DNA from: Acidobacteriota bacterium
Lineage (GTDB): Bacteria; Acidobacteriota; UBA6911
Length of the DNA stretch: 64,000 nucleotides
Reading direction: 5' to 3'
Assembly (NCBI GenBank): GCA_016934295.1
Contig: JAFGTD010000082.1
Coordinates: 72 to 64,071 of the forward strand
Shown: positions 47,025 to 56,257 of the stretch, piece by piece
Numbering within the stretch: position 1 is the first letter of the stretch
Layout: the number at the start of each line of letters is the position of its first letter
Notes under the pieces: model-generated
Database searches by the model: none
What the model was told of the DNA's origin: nothing
Seen by the model: the letters and a program-made list of their open reading frames with translations, nothing else
Translations under genes and position numbers: made by a program

Positions 47025-48452
47025 ATGCGGTTCAAAGGAACGCTGATTCTGTTGCTTGTGTGCATCGGCATAGGATGCTTTATTTATTTCTATGAGATCA
47101 AGGGCGGCGAAGAGCGGGATAAAGCCGAAGAGGACGAAAGCCGCTTCTGGATGATCGAAAGCAAAGACATTCAACGGATCGAACTTACCCCGCCGGATGG
47201 AAATATTGCAGCGGTGCGCAAAAACCAAGAGGAATGGGTTCTCGAGGCTCCTCCCCGCACCCTGGAAGCCGATTCGGGAGAACTGGACCGTCTCGCGGAC
47301 AGAGCCGCGGAAATTAAATTCCAGAGCATCCTGGAAAGTAGCGCAACCGACCCGGAGAAATTCGGCCTGCGTCCGGCCCGGTCCGGCTTTAAATTAAAAA
47401 CAAAGGACGAAAAGGAATATGAAATTTTCTTCGGCAATGATAATCCCGCCGGCAACAGCGCCTATGCCAGGGTGTCGGGCCGCGACGAAATATTCCTGAT
47501 ACCTTCCTCCGCCTCGGAAACATTCAATAAGAAACTCGACGATCTGAGAAACCGCTCCATACTTCGGTTCGAACAGCCCGAAGTGCAGACTCTGACCATT
47601 AAAAATCAAAAAGGCCCTATTCATTTAGTGAAAGACGGAGACGACCGCTGGTGGATTGAAGGGAAAAACAGGATCGCAGCGGATTCCCCCGAAATCCGGG
47701 GGATACTGAATGCACTCTCCCTGGGTACCATCCCGGAGTTTTTCGACGAAGATCCCGGTGAATATACGAATGCAGCTCTGGATAAGCCGGCTATCGATGT
47801 AAGCCTTACATATGGTGGCGATAAAGCCCTCAAGAAACTCGTAATCGGGTCGAATAAAGACGCACTACGTAAAAAAGGGACAACCGGTAAGAAGTCGGAA
47901 GCAGGCATGCCATCCTCTGAAACGCTTTACCTGGCCAAAGATGAATCCCGGCCGGAACTCTTTTTTGTCAAACAGGATCTCTTCGACAAGCTCGACAAAT
48001 CCGTCGACGATCTGCGCGATAAAGCTTTAGCTGCATTTCAGCGCTGGGATGTCGATTCTATCCTACTGGAAAACTCCAACGGGCGCTTTACCTTCACCAA
48101 GGAAAGCGGCGAATGGTTTTTCGGCGCCGCGAAGAAGAAGGCGGATTTCGACGCTGTCACCGGCATTCTGGATGCAATGGAATCCGACGCGCTGGAACTC
48201 ATAGATGAACCGGAAGCCCTGTCCGTTTACAGCCTGGACAAACCGACTGTCCGGGTTATTCTGAAACAGGAGGACAGCGTCCTTGCAGACTGCTCGCTGG
48301 GAAAGACAACAGACAAGGGTGTTTACGCTCAGGTCAAAGGAGACCCGGCCGTTAAGGTGGTGGGGCTGGAAAGCTACGAGAAGTTGACTAAAAACGAAGA
48401 CGATTTTATCGAGCCCCCCGAAACAGCCGAATCCGAAACCACGGAACAATAA
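47025..48452 (+). CDS. DUF4340 domain protein (three repeats)
   Basis: N-terminal TM anchor; repeated ...DLRNRSIL / DLRDKAL segments; usual partner of GldG-like systems. Confidence 0.8.
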   Translation: MRFKGTLILLLVCIGIGCFIYFYEIKGGEERDKAEEDESRFWMIESKDIQRIELTPPDGNIAAVRKNQEEWVLEAPPRTLEADSGELDRLADRAAEIKFQSILESSATDPEKFGLRPARSGFKLKTKDEKEYEIFFGNDNPAGNSAYARVSGRDEIFLIPSSASETFNKKLDDLRNRSILRFEQPEVQTLTIKNQKGPIHLVKDGDDRWWIEGKNRIAADSPEIRGILNALSLGTIPEFFDEDPGEYTNAALDKPAIDVSLTYGGDKALKKLVIGSNKDALRKKGTTGKKSEAGMPSSETLYLAKDESRPELFFVKQDLFDKLDKSVDDLRDKALAAFQRWDVDSILLENSNGRFTFTKESGEWFFGAAKKKADFDAVTGILDAMESDALELIDEPEALSVYSLDKPTVRVILKQEDSVLADCSLGKTTDKGVYAQVKGDPAVKVVGLESYEKLTKNEDDFIEPPETAESETTEQ

Positions 48453-48486
48453 CCCCGGTCGCTTCTAAAAATTATCTAAGTCCCGA

Positions 48487-48513
48487 TGTAGGGGCGAACA
48501 CACGGTTCGCCCT
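48487..48513. repeat. Single REP-like unit
   Basis: TGTAGGGGCGAACACACGGTTCGCCCT. Confidence 0.8.
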
Positions 48514-48579
48514 CCATCGTATCCGGGAAACACCCATTAATATAACCGCAAGATAATTTTATCCGCGTATTACAGGGAG

Positions 48580-48654
48580 TTGCTATTTCATTTTTTGTCA
48601 AGTATACTTCCCGTTGCTACTTTCAAAAAAAGTGGGCGAGTGCCCACTTTTTTT
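48580..48654 (+). promoter_or_regulatory. rimP-nusA-infB operon promoter and leader hairpin
   Basis: TTGCTA-17-TATACT (48580-48608); AAAAAAAGTGGGC-GAGT-GCCCACTTTTTTT (48625-48654), a GTGGGC/GCCCAC hairpin commonly seen upstream of rimP. Confidence 0.7.
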
Positions 48655-48740
48655 GTTTGGCCTGCATTTCCGACAGGCTCCCGTCGAAAGGAAGCCGTGT
48701 CGGCGTTTCGGGACGGGTAAGAAATACAGGCTGGGAATAT

Positions 48741-48790
48741 TAAGTCGAGCCCGACTTGCTAAAGTCGGCCCCGACTTGCTAAAGTCGGGC
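48741..48790. repeat. Tandem 20-nt-period palindromic repeat
   Basis: CCCGACTTGCTAAAGTCGG at 48750 and 48770, preceded by a partial TAAGTCGAGC. Confidence 0.8.
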
Positions 48791-48902
48791 AGGAGGCGCA
48801 TGGTAAAGCAAGGGCTTTGACAGGTGCCCGAATCCGGATCCGCAGCAGTAGGGTGAACTTCCTGTTGGCCCCATATGCGTGAAATACGAATTGGGGTGCA
48901 AA

Positions 48903-49406
48903 ATGAAAGCATCCGACTCTGGCCAACGGCAATCTCTGGCAGCCAGGATTACCGAAATGGCGGAAAAGGTCGCCGCTTCCATGGGAATGGAAGTAGTTCT
49001 CGTCGAAATAAAAGGCAACGGGAACAGATCGGTTGTTCGGACGTTTATCGATCAACCGGGGGGCATTTCCCTGGATGACTGTGAACGTTTCAGTCGGCGC
49101 TTATCGGTATCGATGGATGTGGAAGATTGGATTCCCTTCAGTTATACACTGGAGGTTTCTTCGCCGGGTATAAACCGGCCGCTGGTAAAAGAATCGGATT
49201 TTAAACGTTTCTGCGGGAAAGATGCCACAGTACGGACGCGGATGCCCATTGACGGACGAAAGATCTTCAAGGGCAGAATCGCTGATGTAACTGTAGGATG
49301 TTTGGAACTTGAGATTTCGCCGGGCAATGCAGTCAAAATTGCCTTAATGGACATCGAAAAGGCCAATTTAATAGGTGATTTAAGTATAAGGCCGCAGGGG
49401 TCCTGA
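48903..49406 (+). CDS. rimP: Ribosome maturation factor RimP
   Basis: ISLDDCERFSR, YTLEVSSPGINRPL. Confidence 0.96.
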   Translation: MKASDSGQRQSLAARITEMAEKVAASMGMEVVLVEIKGNGNRSVVRTFIDQPGGISLDDCERFSRRLSVSMDVEDWIPFSYTLEVSSPGINRPLVKESDFKRFCGKDATVRTRMPIDGRKIFKGRIADVTVGCLELEISPGNAVKIALMDIEKANLIGDLSIRPQGS

Positions 49407-49408
49407 AT

Positions 49409-51001
49409 ATGTCTAACATCATTGCTCAAACGATCGAACAGATCAGCAAAGAAAAAAACGTTGATCCCAATATCATCATCAGTGCGCTGGAAGATGCCAT
49501 GGTTGCCGCTTCCAGAAAGTATTACAAAACCAACGAAGATATCAGTGCGCGTTTCGATCCCGAAACCGGGATCGTGGAAATATTCGCAGTCAAGAGGGTT
49601 GTCGAATTTGTAGAAAATCCAAACCTGGAAATATCTCTCAAAGAAGCACTGACCATCGATGAAACACTGGAGATCGATGATACGGTCGAAATCCCGAAAC
49701 CGACGGATGTCCTGGGCCGTATAGCCGCGCAAACCGCAAAGCAGGTTATCCTCCAGAAAGTGCGGGAAGCGGAACGACAGAATATTTACGAAGAATATTC
49801 ACAGAAAATATCGGAAATGGTCAATGGAGTGGTCAAGCGCTTCGAAGGCCCGGATATTATCGTCGATATAGGTAAAACGGAAGCGTTGCTCCCTTTGCGG
49901 GAGCAGTCCAGAGCGGAGACGTACAAACAGGGAGAGCGCATCCGCGCCGTGATCGTCAAAGTTCTCCCGGTCGCCAAGGGACCCCAGGTTATCCTTTCCC
50001 GGACCGATCCGCAGCTGCTTGTGCACATGTTTGAAATGGAAATCCCCGAAATTTACGATGGTACGATTGTAGTAAAAAGCGCCGTACATGAACCGGGCGA
50101 TCGTGCAAAAGTGGCGGTCGCATCCCTGGATCGCGACGTGGATCCGGTCGGAGCGTGCGTCGGCATGAAGGGTTCACGCATCAATTCCATCATCCGGGAA
50201 CTCCGGGGCGAAAAAATCGATATTGTGCAATGGTCGGAAGATCCGGCACAATACGCGGCCAACGCTTTGAATCCGGCAAAAATCTCCAAGGTTCTGATCC
50301 TGAATCCTGCCGAAAAACATATGGAGGTTATCGTCGAAGAAAAGCAGCAATCGCTGGCCATCGGCAAAAAAGGACAAAATGTGCGGCTTGCATCCAGGCT
50401 TATCGGCTGGCAAATCGACGTTAAGAGCGAAGAACAGAAGAAACAGGAAGTCCTCAGTGTCATGGAGTCTCTGACGTCCTCTTCGACATCCCTGTCCGAA
50501 CTGGAAGGGATCAGCGATCGCCTTATCGAGGTGTTGCGTACAGCCGGAATCGAGAATGTCGAGCGCATTCTGGAATTGGGCGAGGGCCCATTAACGGAGC
50601 TGCCCGGGATTGGAGATAAAACGGCAAATAAAATCCTTGAAGCCGCCAGGGATCTTTTTGAAGAGGTGGAGATCGAGGTCCCCGAAGGAATGGATCTGCC
50701 CACGGCGATCAAGGCGTCTGACGACAATGAATCCCCGGAGGAAGCGGACGCAGATACAGAAGCTCAGCTCGAACCTGCCCCTGAAGAATTATCGGCAGAC
50801 GCTCCCGAAGATGCAACGGATGCCGAAAACGCCGATATACAGACACCGACTGAAGATGAAAAAGAAGCAGCCGGAAACGAGCCTGCAGCGGCTCCTCTCG
50901 AGACCGAGGGAAGTGTGGAGAATGTCTCTTCCTCCCCCGAGGCGGAATCCGGTGACGGAGATTCCACGGAAGCCCCAAACAGCGAGGAAGAGGACAAATA
51001 G
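49409..51001 (+). CDS. nusA: Transcription termination factor NusA with acidic C-terminal tail
   Basis: GRIAAQTAKQ, DPVGACVGMKGSR, LAIGKKGQNVRLA. Confidence 0.98.
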   Translation: MSNIIAQTIEQISKEKNVDPNIIISALEDAMVAASRKYYKTNEDISARFDPETGIVEIFAVKRVVEFVENPNLEISLKEALTIDETLEIDDTVEIPKPTDVLGRIAAQTAKQVILQKVREAERQNIYEEYSQKISEMVNGVVKRFEGPDIIVDIGKTEALLPLREQSRAETYKQGERIRAVIVKVLPVAKGPQVILSRTDPQLLVHMFEMEIPEIYDGTIVVKSAVHEPGDRAKVAVASLDRDVDPVGACVGMKGSRINSIIRELRGEKIDIVQWSEDPAQYAANALNPAKISKVLILNPAEKHMEVIVEEKQQSLAIGKKGQNVRLASRLIGWQIDVKSEEQKKQEVLSVMESLTSSSTSLSELEGISDRLIEVLRTAGIENVERILELGEGPLTELPGIGDKTANKILEAARDLFEEVEIEVPEGMDLPTAIKASDDNESPEEADADTEAQLEPAPEELSADAPEDATDAENADIQTPTEDEKEAAGNEPAAAPLETEGSVENVSSSPEAESGDGDSTEAPNSEEEDK

Positions 51002-51139
51002 CTGCAACGCATCCCTTCATCTGCCCGGATGAAACATTGAAACCGCAGATAGGATCGCCCGGTTGCAAACGAAGGGTGTATTGATTTAAGATTTATATTT
51101 GACTTGAATGCCCTGAATGAGGCAGAGGTCTTTGCGCAA

Positions 51140-53950
51140 ATGGATAAAATAACAGTCGCAGAACTGGCGACAGAATGCTCAGTAAAGAATCAGGTCGTAC
51201 TCGCTGAACTGAAGCGTTTGGGTTTATACGTCTTTTCGCCCACTGCGACAATCGACGCCAATTTCGCCGAGACCATCCGGAAGAAAATTCTGTCTCAAAG
51301 AGAGGCTGAAGAAGCCAAGGCTGCAGAAATATCAAGAAAGAAGGAAGAAGCGGTTAAGAAAGCGGAGAAAAAAGCCGCGAAAAAAGAGACCGCCAAGAAA
51401 GCCGCTCCAAAAAAAGCAGCAGCAACCAAGGAAAAAACCGCCAAGGAAAAAGCCGCCGAGGAAAAAGCCGCCGCACCGAAGAAAGCGAGAAAAAGCCCTG
51501 CCCGGAAAGCTAAAGCCGCAAAGCCCCCTGAAGAGGAACCTCCCAAGAAATCTCTCGCTCCTCGCAAGGGACGAAAGCACTACGATCGGGAAGCGGACGT
51601 ACTCGTAGATATAGTTCCAGCTAAAAAACCACCGGAAACACCGGAACCGACTGAAAAGGATAAGGAGGCGAAAGAAATACCTCCTTCAGTTCCGGGGGAA
51701 CCCACGCCGACAGTTGTAGAAGAACCCGCAGCGGAGCAACCGGAAAAAGTTGCAGCCGAAGCGCCTCCTGCAAAAACAGCCACAACGGAGCAGGCAGCTC
51801 CCGTAGAGGAGCCCGGGCCTGAACCGACTAAGGCCGCAAAAACCAAGCCAAAGGCGGCGGAACCGCCTGCCGGGAAAGTCGAACAAGCCCCGACGCCTCC
51901 TCCGGCGGCAAAGCGCCAGGCCGAACCTTCGGCAAAACCGGGAACCGTTTCTAAAAAAATCGTCGTCCCCAAGGCACGGACAAAAATATTAAAGCGGACA
52001 AGTACGGAAAAGGTCGTAACTCCCGATGTACCGGACCGCATCCTGAAGGGTCTTCGAGATGGAAGCCTTGCCGCACCAAAGGCAATCGCACCTTCAAAAT
52101 TCATCAGGAAGAAAAAAACAGCCAGACCGGAAACGACCGCGAAAATAAAAGTCAAAGTATCAGAGTTGCCGGAAGTTCCGGCTTCTCCGGAGGATTATAA
52201 GCCTATTTCTATTACCGAAGGTGTAACGATCAAAGAGCTTGCGGAAAAAATGGGTATCAAATCCAAGTACATTATCCAAAAGCTTATTTCCAAGGGAATT
52301 CTTGCATCCATCAACCAGACTCTCGATCAGGACGCTGCGAAGGAAGTATGTTCGGAATTCGGGTTCCGTGCCGATGTAATCAGTTTTGAACAGGAAGCTG
52401 AAAGCAAGCAGGAAATCGAAGACAAACCTGAAGACTACATTACACGCCATCCTGTTGTAACTATAATGGGACATGTCGACCACGGGAAAACGTCTCTCCT
52501 GGATGCGATACGCGAAACCAATGTAACGGCCACCGAGGCGGGTGGAATCACTCAGCATATCGGGGCATACCAGGTGGAGATAAAAAACCGCAGCATTGTT
52601 TTCCTCGATACTCCCGGGCACGAGGCCTTCACGATGATGCGCGCCCGAGGGGCGCAGGCAACCGACATAGTCGTCCTTGTCGTTGCGGCCGACGATGGAG
52701 TCATGCCGCAAACCATTGAAGCGATCCATCACGCCAAGGCGGCGAATGTTCCGATCATCGTGGCAATCAACAAGATCGACAAACCCGGAGCGCAGATTGA
52801 CCGCATCAAGCAGGGTATGGCGGATCAGGGCCTGCTGGCCGAAGACTGGGGTGGGGATGTAGTTACCGTTCCGGTTTCCGCAAAACAGAAAACAAACCTG
52901 GATCTGCTCCTGGAAATGATACTCCTGGTCGCCGATCTTAAGGATCTCAAGGCGAATCCCAAACGTCTTGCCGCCGGCGTTGTCCTTGAAGCAAAACTGG
53001 ACCGGGGGCGTGGTTGCGTCGCCACGGTTCTGGTACAGAACGGTACATTAAACCTTGGAGACTCATTAATCGCCGGATCGGCGCATGGCCGAGTCCGGGC
53101 CTTGATCAACGACCGCGGGATCAATATCCCTTCCGCGGCACCCTCGGTTCCGGTTGAAATACAAGGCCTTCAGGATCTTCCTCTCGCGGGAGATACATTC
53201 CAGGTCTTTAAGGATGCAACGAAAGCACGGCAGGTGGCTGAGTACCGGCAGTCAAGGGATCGTGAACAGACACTGCAAAAAACCGCACGGCTTTCTCTGC
53301 AGGCCCTTTACGAGCAGATGAGAGAGGGGACGGTAAAGGAACTCCCGCTCATTATCAAAGCCGACGTTCAGGGATCCACCGAAGTCCTTACCGACATGCT
53401 CAACAAGCTGAGCACCGACAAGGTGAAGGTGAAATTCCTGCACAGCGGCGCAGGCGCCATCAACGAATCGGACGTACTCCTGGCGACTGCATCCAATGCC
53501 ATTATCATCGGTTTTAATGTGAGGCCCGAACGGAAGGCCCAGGAAATGGCCGATGCCGAAGGCGTGGAAATCCGGCTGTATACGGTTATTTACAACCTGG
53601 CTAACGATATTAAAGCGGCCATGATCGGCATGCTGGAATCCAAAAGCGAGGAAAAATATGTCGGCCGCGCGGAAGTGCGCGACACCTTTAAAGTTCCCAA
53701 ATTCGGATCGATTGCAGGATCGTACGTGGTGGAAGGCGTCATCCGGCGCAATACCGAAGCTCGGCTCCTCAGGGACAATACCGTAGTGCACGAGGGCAAA
53801 ATCAGTTCCTTGCGTCGCTTCAAGGACGACGTCACGGAAGTAAAGTCCGGATTCGAATGCGGCATAGGTTTCGAACGTTTCTCCGACGTAAAAGTGGGCG
53901 ATATTATAGAGGCTTACGTCATCGAGAAAGTGCAACCCACATCTCTTTAG
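51140..53950 (+). CDS. infB: Translation initiation factor IF-2
   Basis: [21 protein letters not shown]; long K/A/P-rich N-terminal region. Confidence 0.98.
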   Translation: MDKITVAELATECSVKNQVVLAELKRLGLYVFSPTATIDANFAETIRKKILSQREAEEAKAAEISRKKEEAVKKAEKKAAKKETAKKAAPKKAAATKEKTAKEKAAEEKAAAPKKARKSPARKAKAAKPPEEEPPKKSLAPRKGRKHYDREADVLVDIVPAKKPPETPEPTEKDKEAKEIPPSVPGEPTPTVVEEPAAEQPEKVAAEAPPAKTATTEQAAPVEEPGPEPTKAAKTKPKAAEPPAGKVEQAPTPPPAAKRQAEPSAKPGTVSKKIVVPKARTKILKRTSTEKVVTPDVPDRILKGLRDGSLAAPKAIAPSKFIRKKKTARPETTAKIKVKVSELPEVPASPEDYKPISITEGVTIKELAEKMGIKSKYIIQKLISKGILASINQTLDQDAAKEVCSEFGFRADVISFEQEAESKQEIEDKPEDYITRHPVVTIMGHVDHGKTSLLDAIRETNVTATEAGGITQHIGAYQVEIKNRSIVFLDTPGHEAFTMMRARGAQATDIVVLVVAADDGVMPQTIEAIHHAKAANVPIIVAINKIDKPGAQIDRIKQGMADQGLLAEDWGGDVVTVPVSAKQKTNLDLLLEMILLVADLKDLKANPKRLAAGVVLEAKLDRGRGCVATVLVQNGTLNLGDSLIAGSAHGRVRALINDRGINIPSAAPSVPVEIQGLQDLPLAGDTFQVFKDATKARQVAEYRQSRDREQTLQKTARLSLQALYEQMREGTVKELPLIIKADVQGSTEVLTDMLNKLSTDKVKVKFLHSGAGAINESDVLLATASNAIIIGFNVRPERKAQEMADAEGVEIRLYTVIYNLANDIKAAMIGMLESKSEEKYVGRAEVRDTFKVPKFGSIAGSYVVEGVIRRNTEARLLRDNTVVHEGKISSLRRFKDDVTEVKSGFECGIGFERFSDVKVGDIIEAYVIEKVQPTSL

Positions 53951-54001
53951 TGACGAAAGGGGAATTCTGACTTTCTCCATGCGTCACCCGTCTTTTAAAA
54001 A

Positions 54002-54289
54002 ATGCCTGTCGCATACTGTACACTTGAGCTGTATTTGCCGTATTCCCAATCGCTAAAAGAAAAACGTATGGTTTTGCGCAAAGCGCAGGACCGCTTGAGA
54101 GCCCGATGCAATTTTTCTATTGCCGAGGTGGATTATCAGGATTTGTGGCAACGAGCCAAACTGGCAGCCGTCACCGTTAGTTCGGACAACGCAGTGCTGG
54201 AACGGGTCACCAATCAGTTTGTTAAAGAGGCAGAGAATATATTGGGGGACTTCCTGATCGACTGCCAGGTGACCTACATCGATTTATAA
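54002..54289 (+). CDS. DUF503 (YlxP-like) protein
   Basis: SQSLKEKR, SIAEVDYQDLWQRA. Confidence 0.9.
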   Translation: MPVAYCTLELYLPYSQSLKEKRMVLRKAQDRLRARCNFSIAEVDYQDLWQRAKLAAVTVSSDNAVLERVTNQFVKEAENILGDFLIDCQVTYIDL

Positions 54290-54291
54290 TT

Positions 54292-54651
54292 ATGCAACCA
54301 TCAAGAAGACCTCAAAGACTGGCGCTCCAGATACAGCAGGAAGTGAGTTTATTGATCTCGCGCAAAATGAAGGACCGCAGGATCGGGATCGTAACCGTTA
54401 CCGGCGTCCATATGAGCCCCGACCTGCGTCATGCCAAAATATTCATCTCGACAATGGAAGGAACCGAGGGCGAAAAAGAGGAAACTCTGGGAATCCTCAA
54501 CCGCGCACGCGGGTGGATCCGGAGAGAACTGGGCCATAAAATCCGCGTAAAATTCCTTCCCGATATTGTATTTTTATCCGATATTTCCCAGGATTATGGA
54601 GAGAAAATCGATCGGCTGATCGATGAAATCCACATACATAAGGATAAGTAA
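54292..54651 (+). CDS. rbfA: Ribosome-binding factor A
   Basis: RRPQRL, VTVTGVHMSPDLRHAKI, PDIVFLSD. Confidence 0.95.
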   Translation: MQPSRRPQRLALQIQQEVSLLISRKMKDRRIGIVTVTGVHMSPDLRHAKIFISTMEGTEGEKEETLGILNRARGWIRRELGHKIRVKFLPDIVFLSDISQDYGEKIDRLIDEIHIHKDK

Positions 54652-54652
54652 T

Positions 54653-55567
54653 TTGGATGGAGTCTTAGTAATTGACAAAGATCCCGGATGGACCTCCCAC
54701 GATGTCGTGGCGAAAATCCGGAATCTGCTCAAAATCAAAAAAGTCGGTCACGCTGGAACCCTGGATCCATTTGCAACAGGCGTTCTCCCGCTTACCCTGG
54801 GACGTGCGACACGCCTTTCAAACTATTTCCTGGCATCCGACAAGGTTTATCGCGGGATCATACGCTTTGGTTTCGCTACAACCACCTACGATGTGGACGG
54901 AGAACCTACGGGCGACGACACCCAACCCAGCCTGGACACATCCAAACTGGAGAATATTTTTTCTCAGTATCAGGGTACAATTCATCAAATCCCACCCCCT
55001 TATTCAGCAAAGAAAGTCATGGGACGTCCGCTTTACTCCTATGCACGAAAAGGCATTAATATAATCCCGCCCGCAAAAACCGTAACTATCAAATCATTGA
55101 TCCTGCATGGAATAGAAAATTGCGAGGTAGAATTTGAGCTGACCTGCACCGCCGGTACTTATGCCCGCAGCCTGGCCCATGACATAGGCGAGGCGTACGG
55201 ATGTGGAGCACATCTAGTACGTTTGCGGCGAATGCGCAGCGGCGAATTCCCCATCGAAAAAGCCGTATCACTATACGAGCAAAACGGACAATTTCACTCC
55301 CGTGATTTTTTTCTAAACCAGGCCATTCCGAAGAAGGACCTGTTGCACGAGATCCCCTCCATCGTCATCCCGGATGGGGATAGAGTCAAACTACTCCACG
55401 GCATGGATCTCAATTTACTCACAGCCGATTCGGATGCAGAAGAATTCCGATTAATAGATGAATCCGGAGAACTTATCGCTCTTGCACACCGCATCCAGAC
55501 ATTCACTTCTCCGGTTGCGCAAGCAGCCCATTGGATCAGGATTCACCCGCATATTACGTTCGGTTGA
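54653..55567 (+). CDS. truB: tRNA pseudouridine(55) synthase
   Basis: DKDPGWTSHDVV, VGHAGTLDPFATGVL, CTAGTYARSL. Confidence 0.96.
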   Translation: MDGVLVIDKDPGWTSHDVVAKIRNLLKIKKVGHAGTLDPFATGVLPLTLGRATRLSNYFLASDKVYRGIIRFGFATTTYDVDGEPTGDDTQPSLDTSKLENIFSQYQGTIHQIPPPYSAKKVMGRPLYSYARKGINIIPPAKTVTIKSLILHGIENCEVEFELTCTAGTYARSLAHDIGEAYGCGAHLVRLRRMRSGEFPIEKAVSLYEQNGQFHSRDFFLNQAIPKKDLLHEIPSIVIPDGDRVKLLHGMDLNLLTADSDAEEFRLIDESGELIALAHRIQTFTSPVAQAAHWIRIHPHITFG

Positions 55568-55604
55568 AAAAAACCTGAACCCGTATATCTCGGCACACCT
55601 AAAA

Positions 55605-55686
55605 GGGCGAACACCAACTTGTCCGCCGAAGCCCATAACCGAATCTGCGATTCGGTTATGGGCGAAGGCGGAAGGTTCGCCCCTAC
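55605..55686. repeat. REP-like palindrome with nested insert
   Basis: GGGCGAACAC-[CAACTTGTCCGCCGAAGC-CCATAACCGAATC-TGC-GATTCGGTTATGG-GCGAAGGCGGAAG]-GTTCGCCCCTAC. Confidence 0.85.
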
Positions 55687-55734
55687 CGGCGATGGGATTT
55701 ACCCGTCCCATTCAAAATACGGTTGAGAAAAAAG

Positions 55735-56037
55735 TCAGACGGTCAGGCGGTTTTTTAACTTCAAAAACTTTTTTTCACCGATGCCTTTAATATTGATGAT
55801 CTCTTCAATTCGATTGAATTTGCCGACCTTTTTTCTGTATTCAAGAATATTCCTGGCGGAAGCAGGTCCTATTCCGGGCAAAGATTCCAACTGTTCTGCG
55901 GTTGCGGTATTCAGGTTGACCTTTTCCGCTGAAACGGTATCGCCCCCGGATTGCTGCGCCGGCACCGATACGGGACCAATCGCCAAACCGAGAATCAAAA
56001 CAAACAATAGAGTGATCTTCATTTTCTTCTTCATCAT
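55735..56037 (-). CDS. ComEA-like helix-hairpin-helix protein
   Basis: Signal peptide; VNLNTATAEQLESLPGIGP, IKGIGEK. Confidence 0.9.
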   Translation of the reverse strand: MMKKKMKITLLFVLILGLAIGPVSVPAQQSGGDTVSAEKVNLNTATAEQLESLPGIGPASARNILEYRKKVGKFNRIEEIINIKGIGEKKFLKLKNRLTV

Positions 56038-56257
56038 AGTGCCTCCCGATAACAGTTTATTGGTTGGAAAGGAAGGAGTTTTCTCCGCCTTCCGATATCT
56101 AATGATTCTGTTTGCTTTTGAGCGAAAAAAATAAACAGTCGGCATTCGCTCGACGGGATTGATGGGGGTTAAAAAACACGAGCGCTGGAAACACAGAACC
56201 GCATATGAGATAATCAGGCGTATGGATTGATCCCTAATGATATAGGAAAAAAAGCTT

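Noticed and set aside
33421-55686. REP-like or 20-mer repeats as a CRISPR array
   Set aside because: Copies are dispersed or directly tandem without unique spacers, and no cas genes are present
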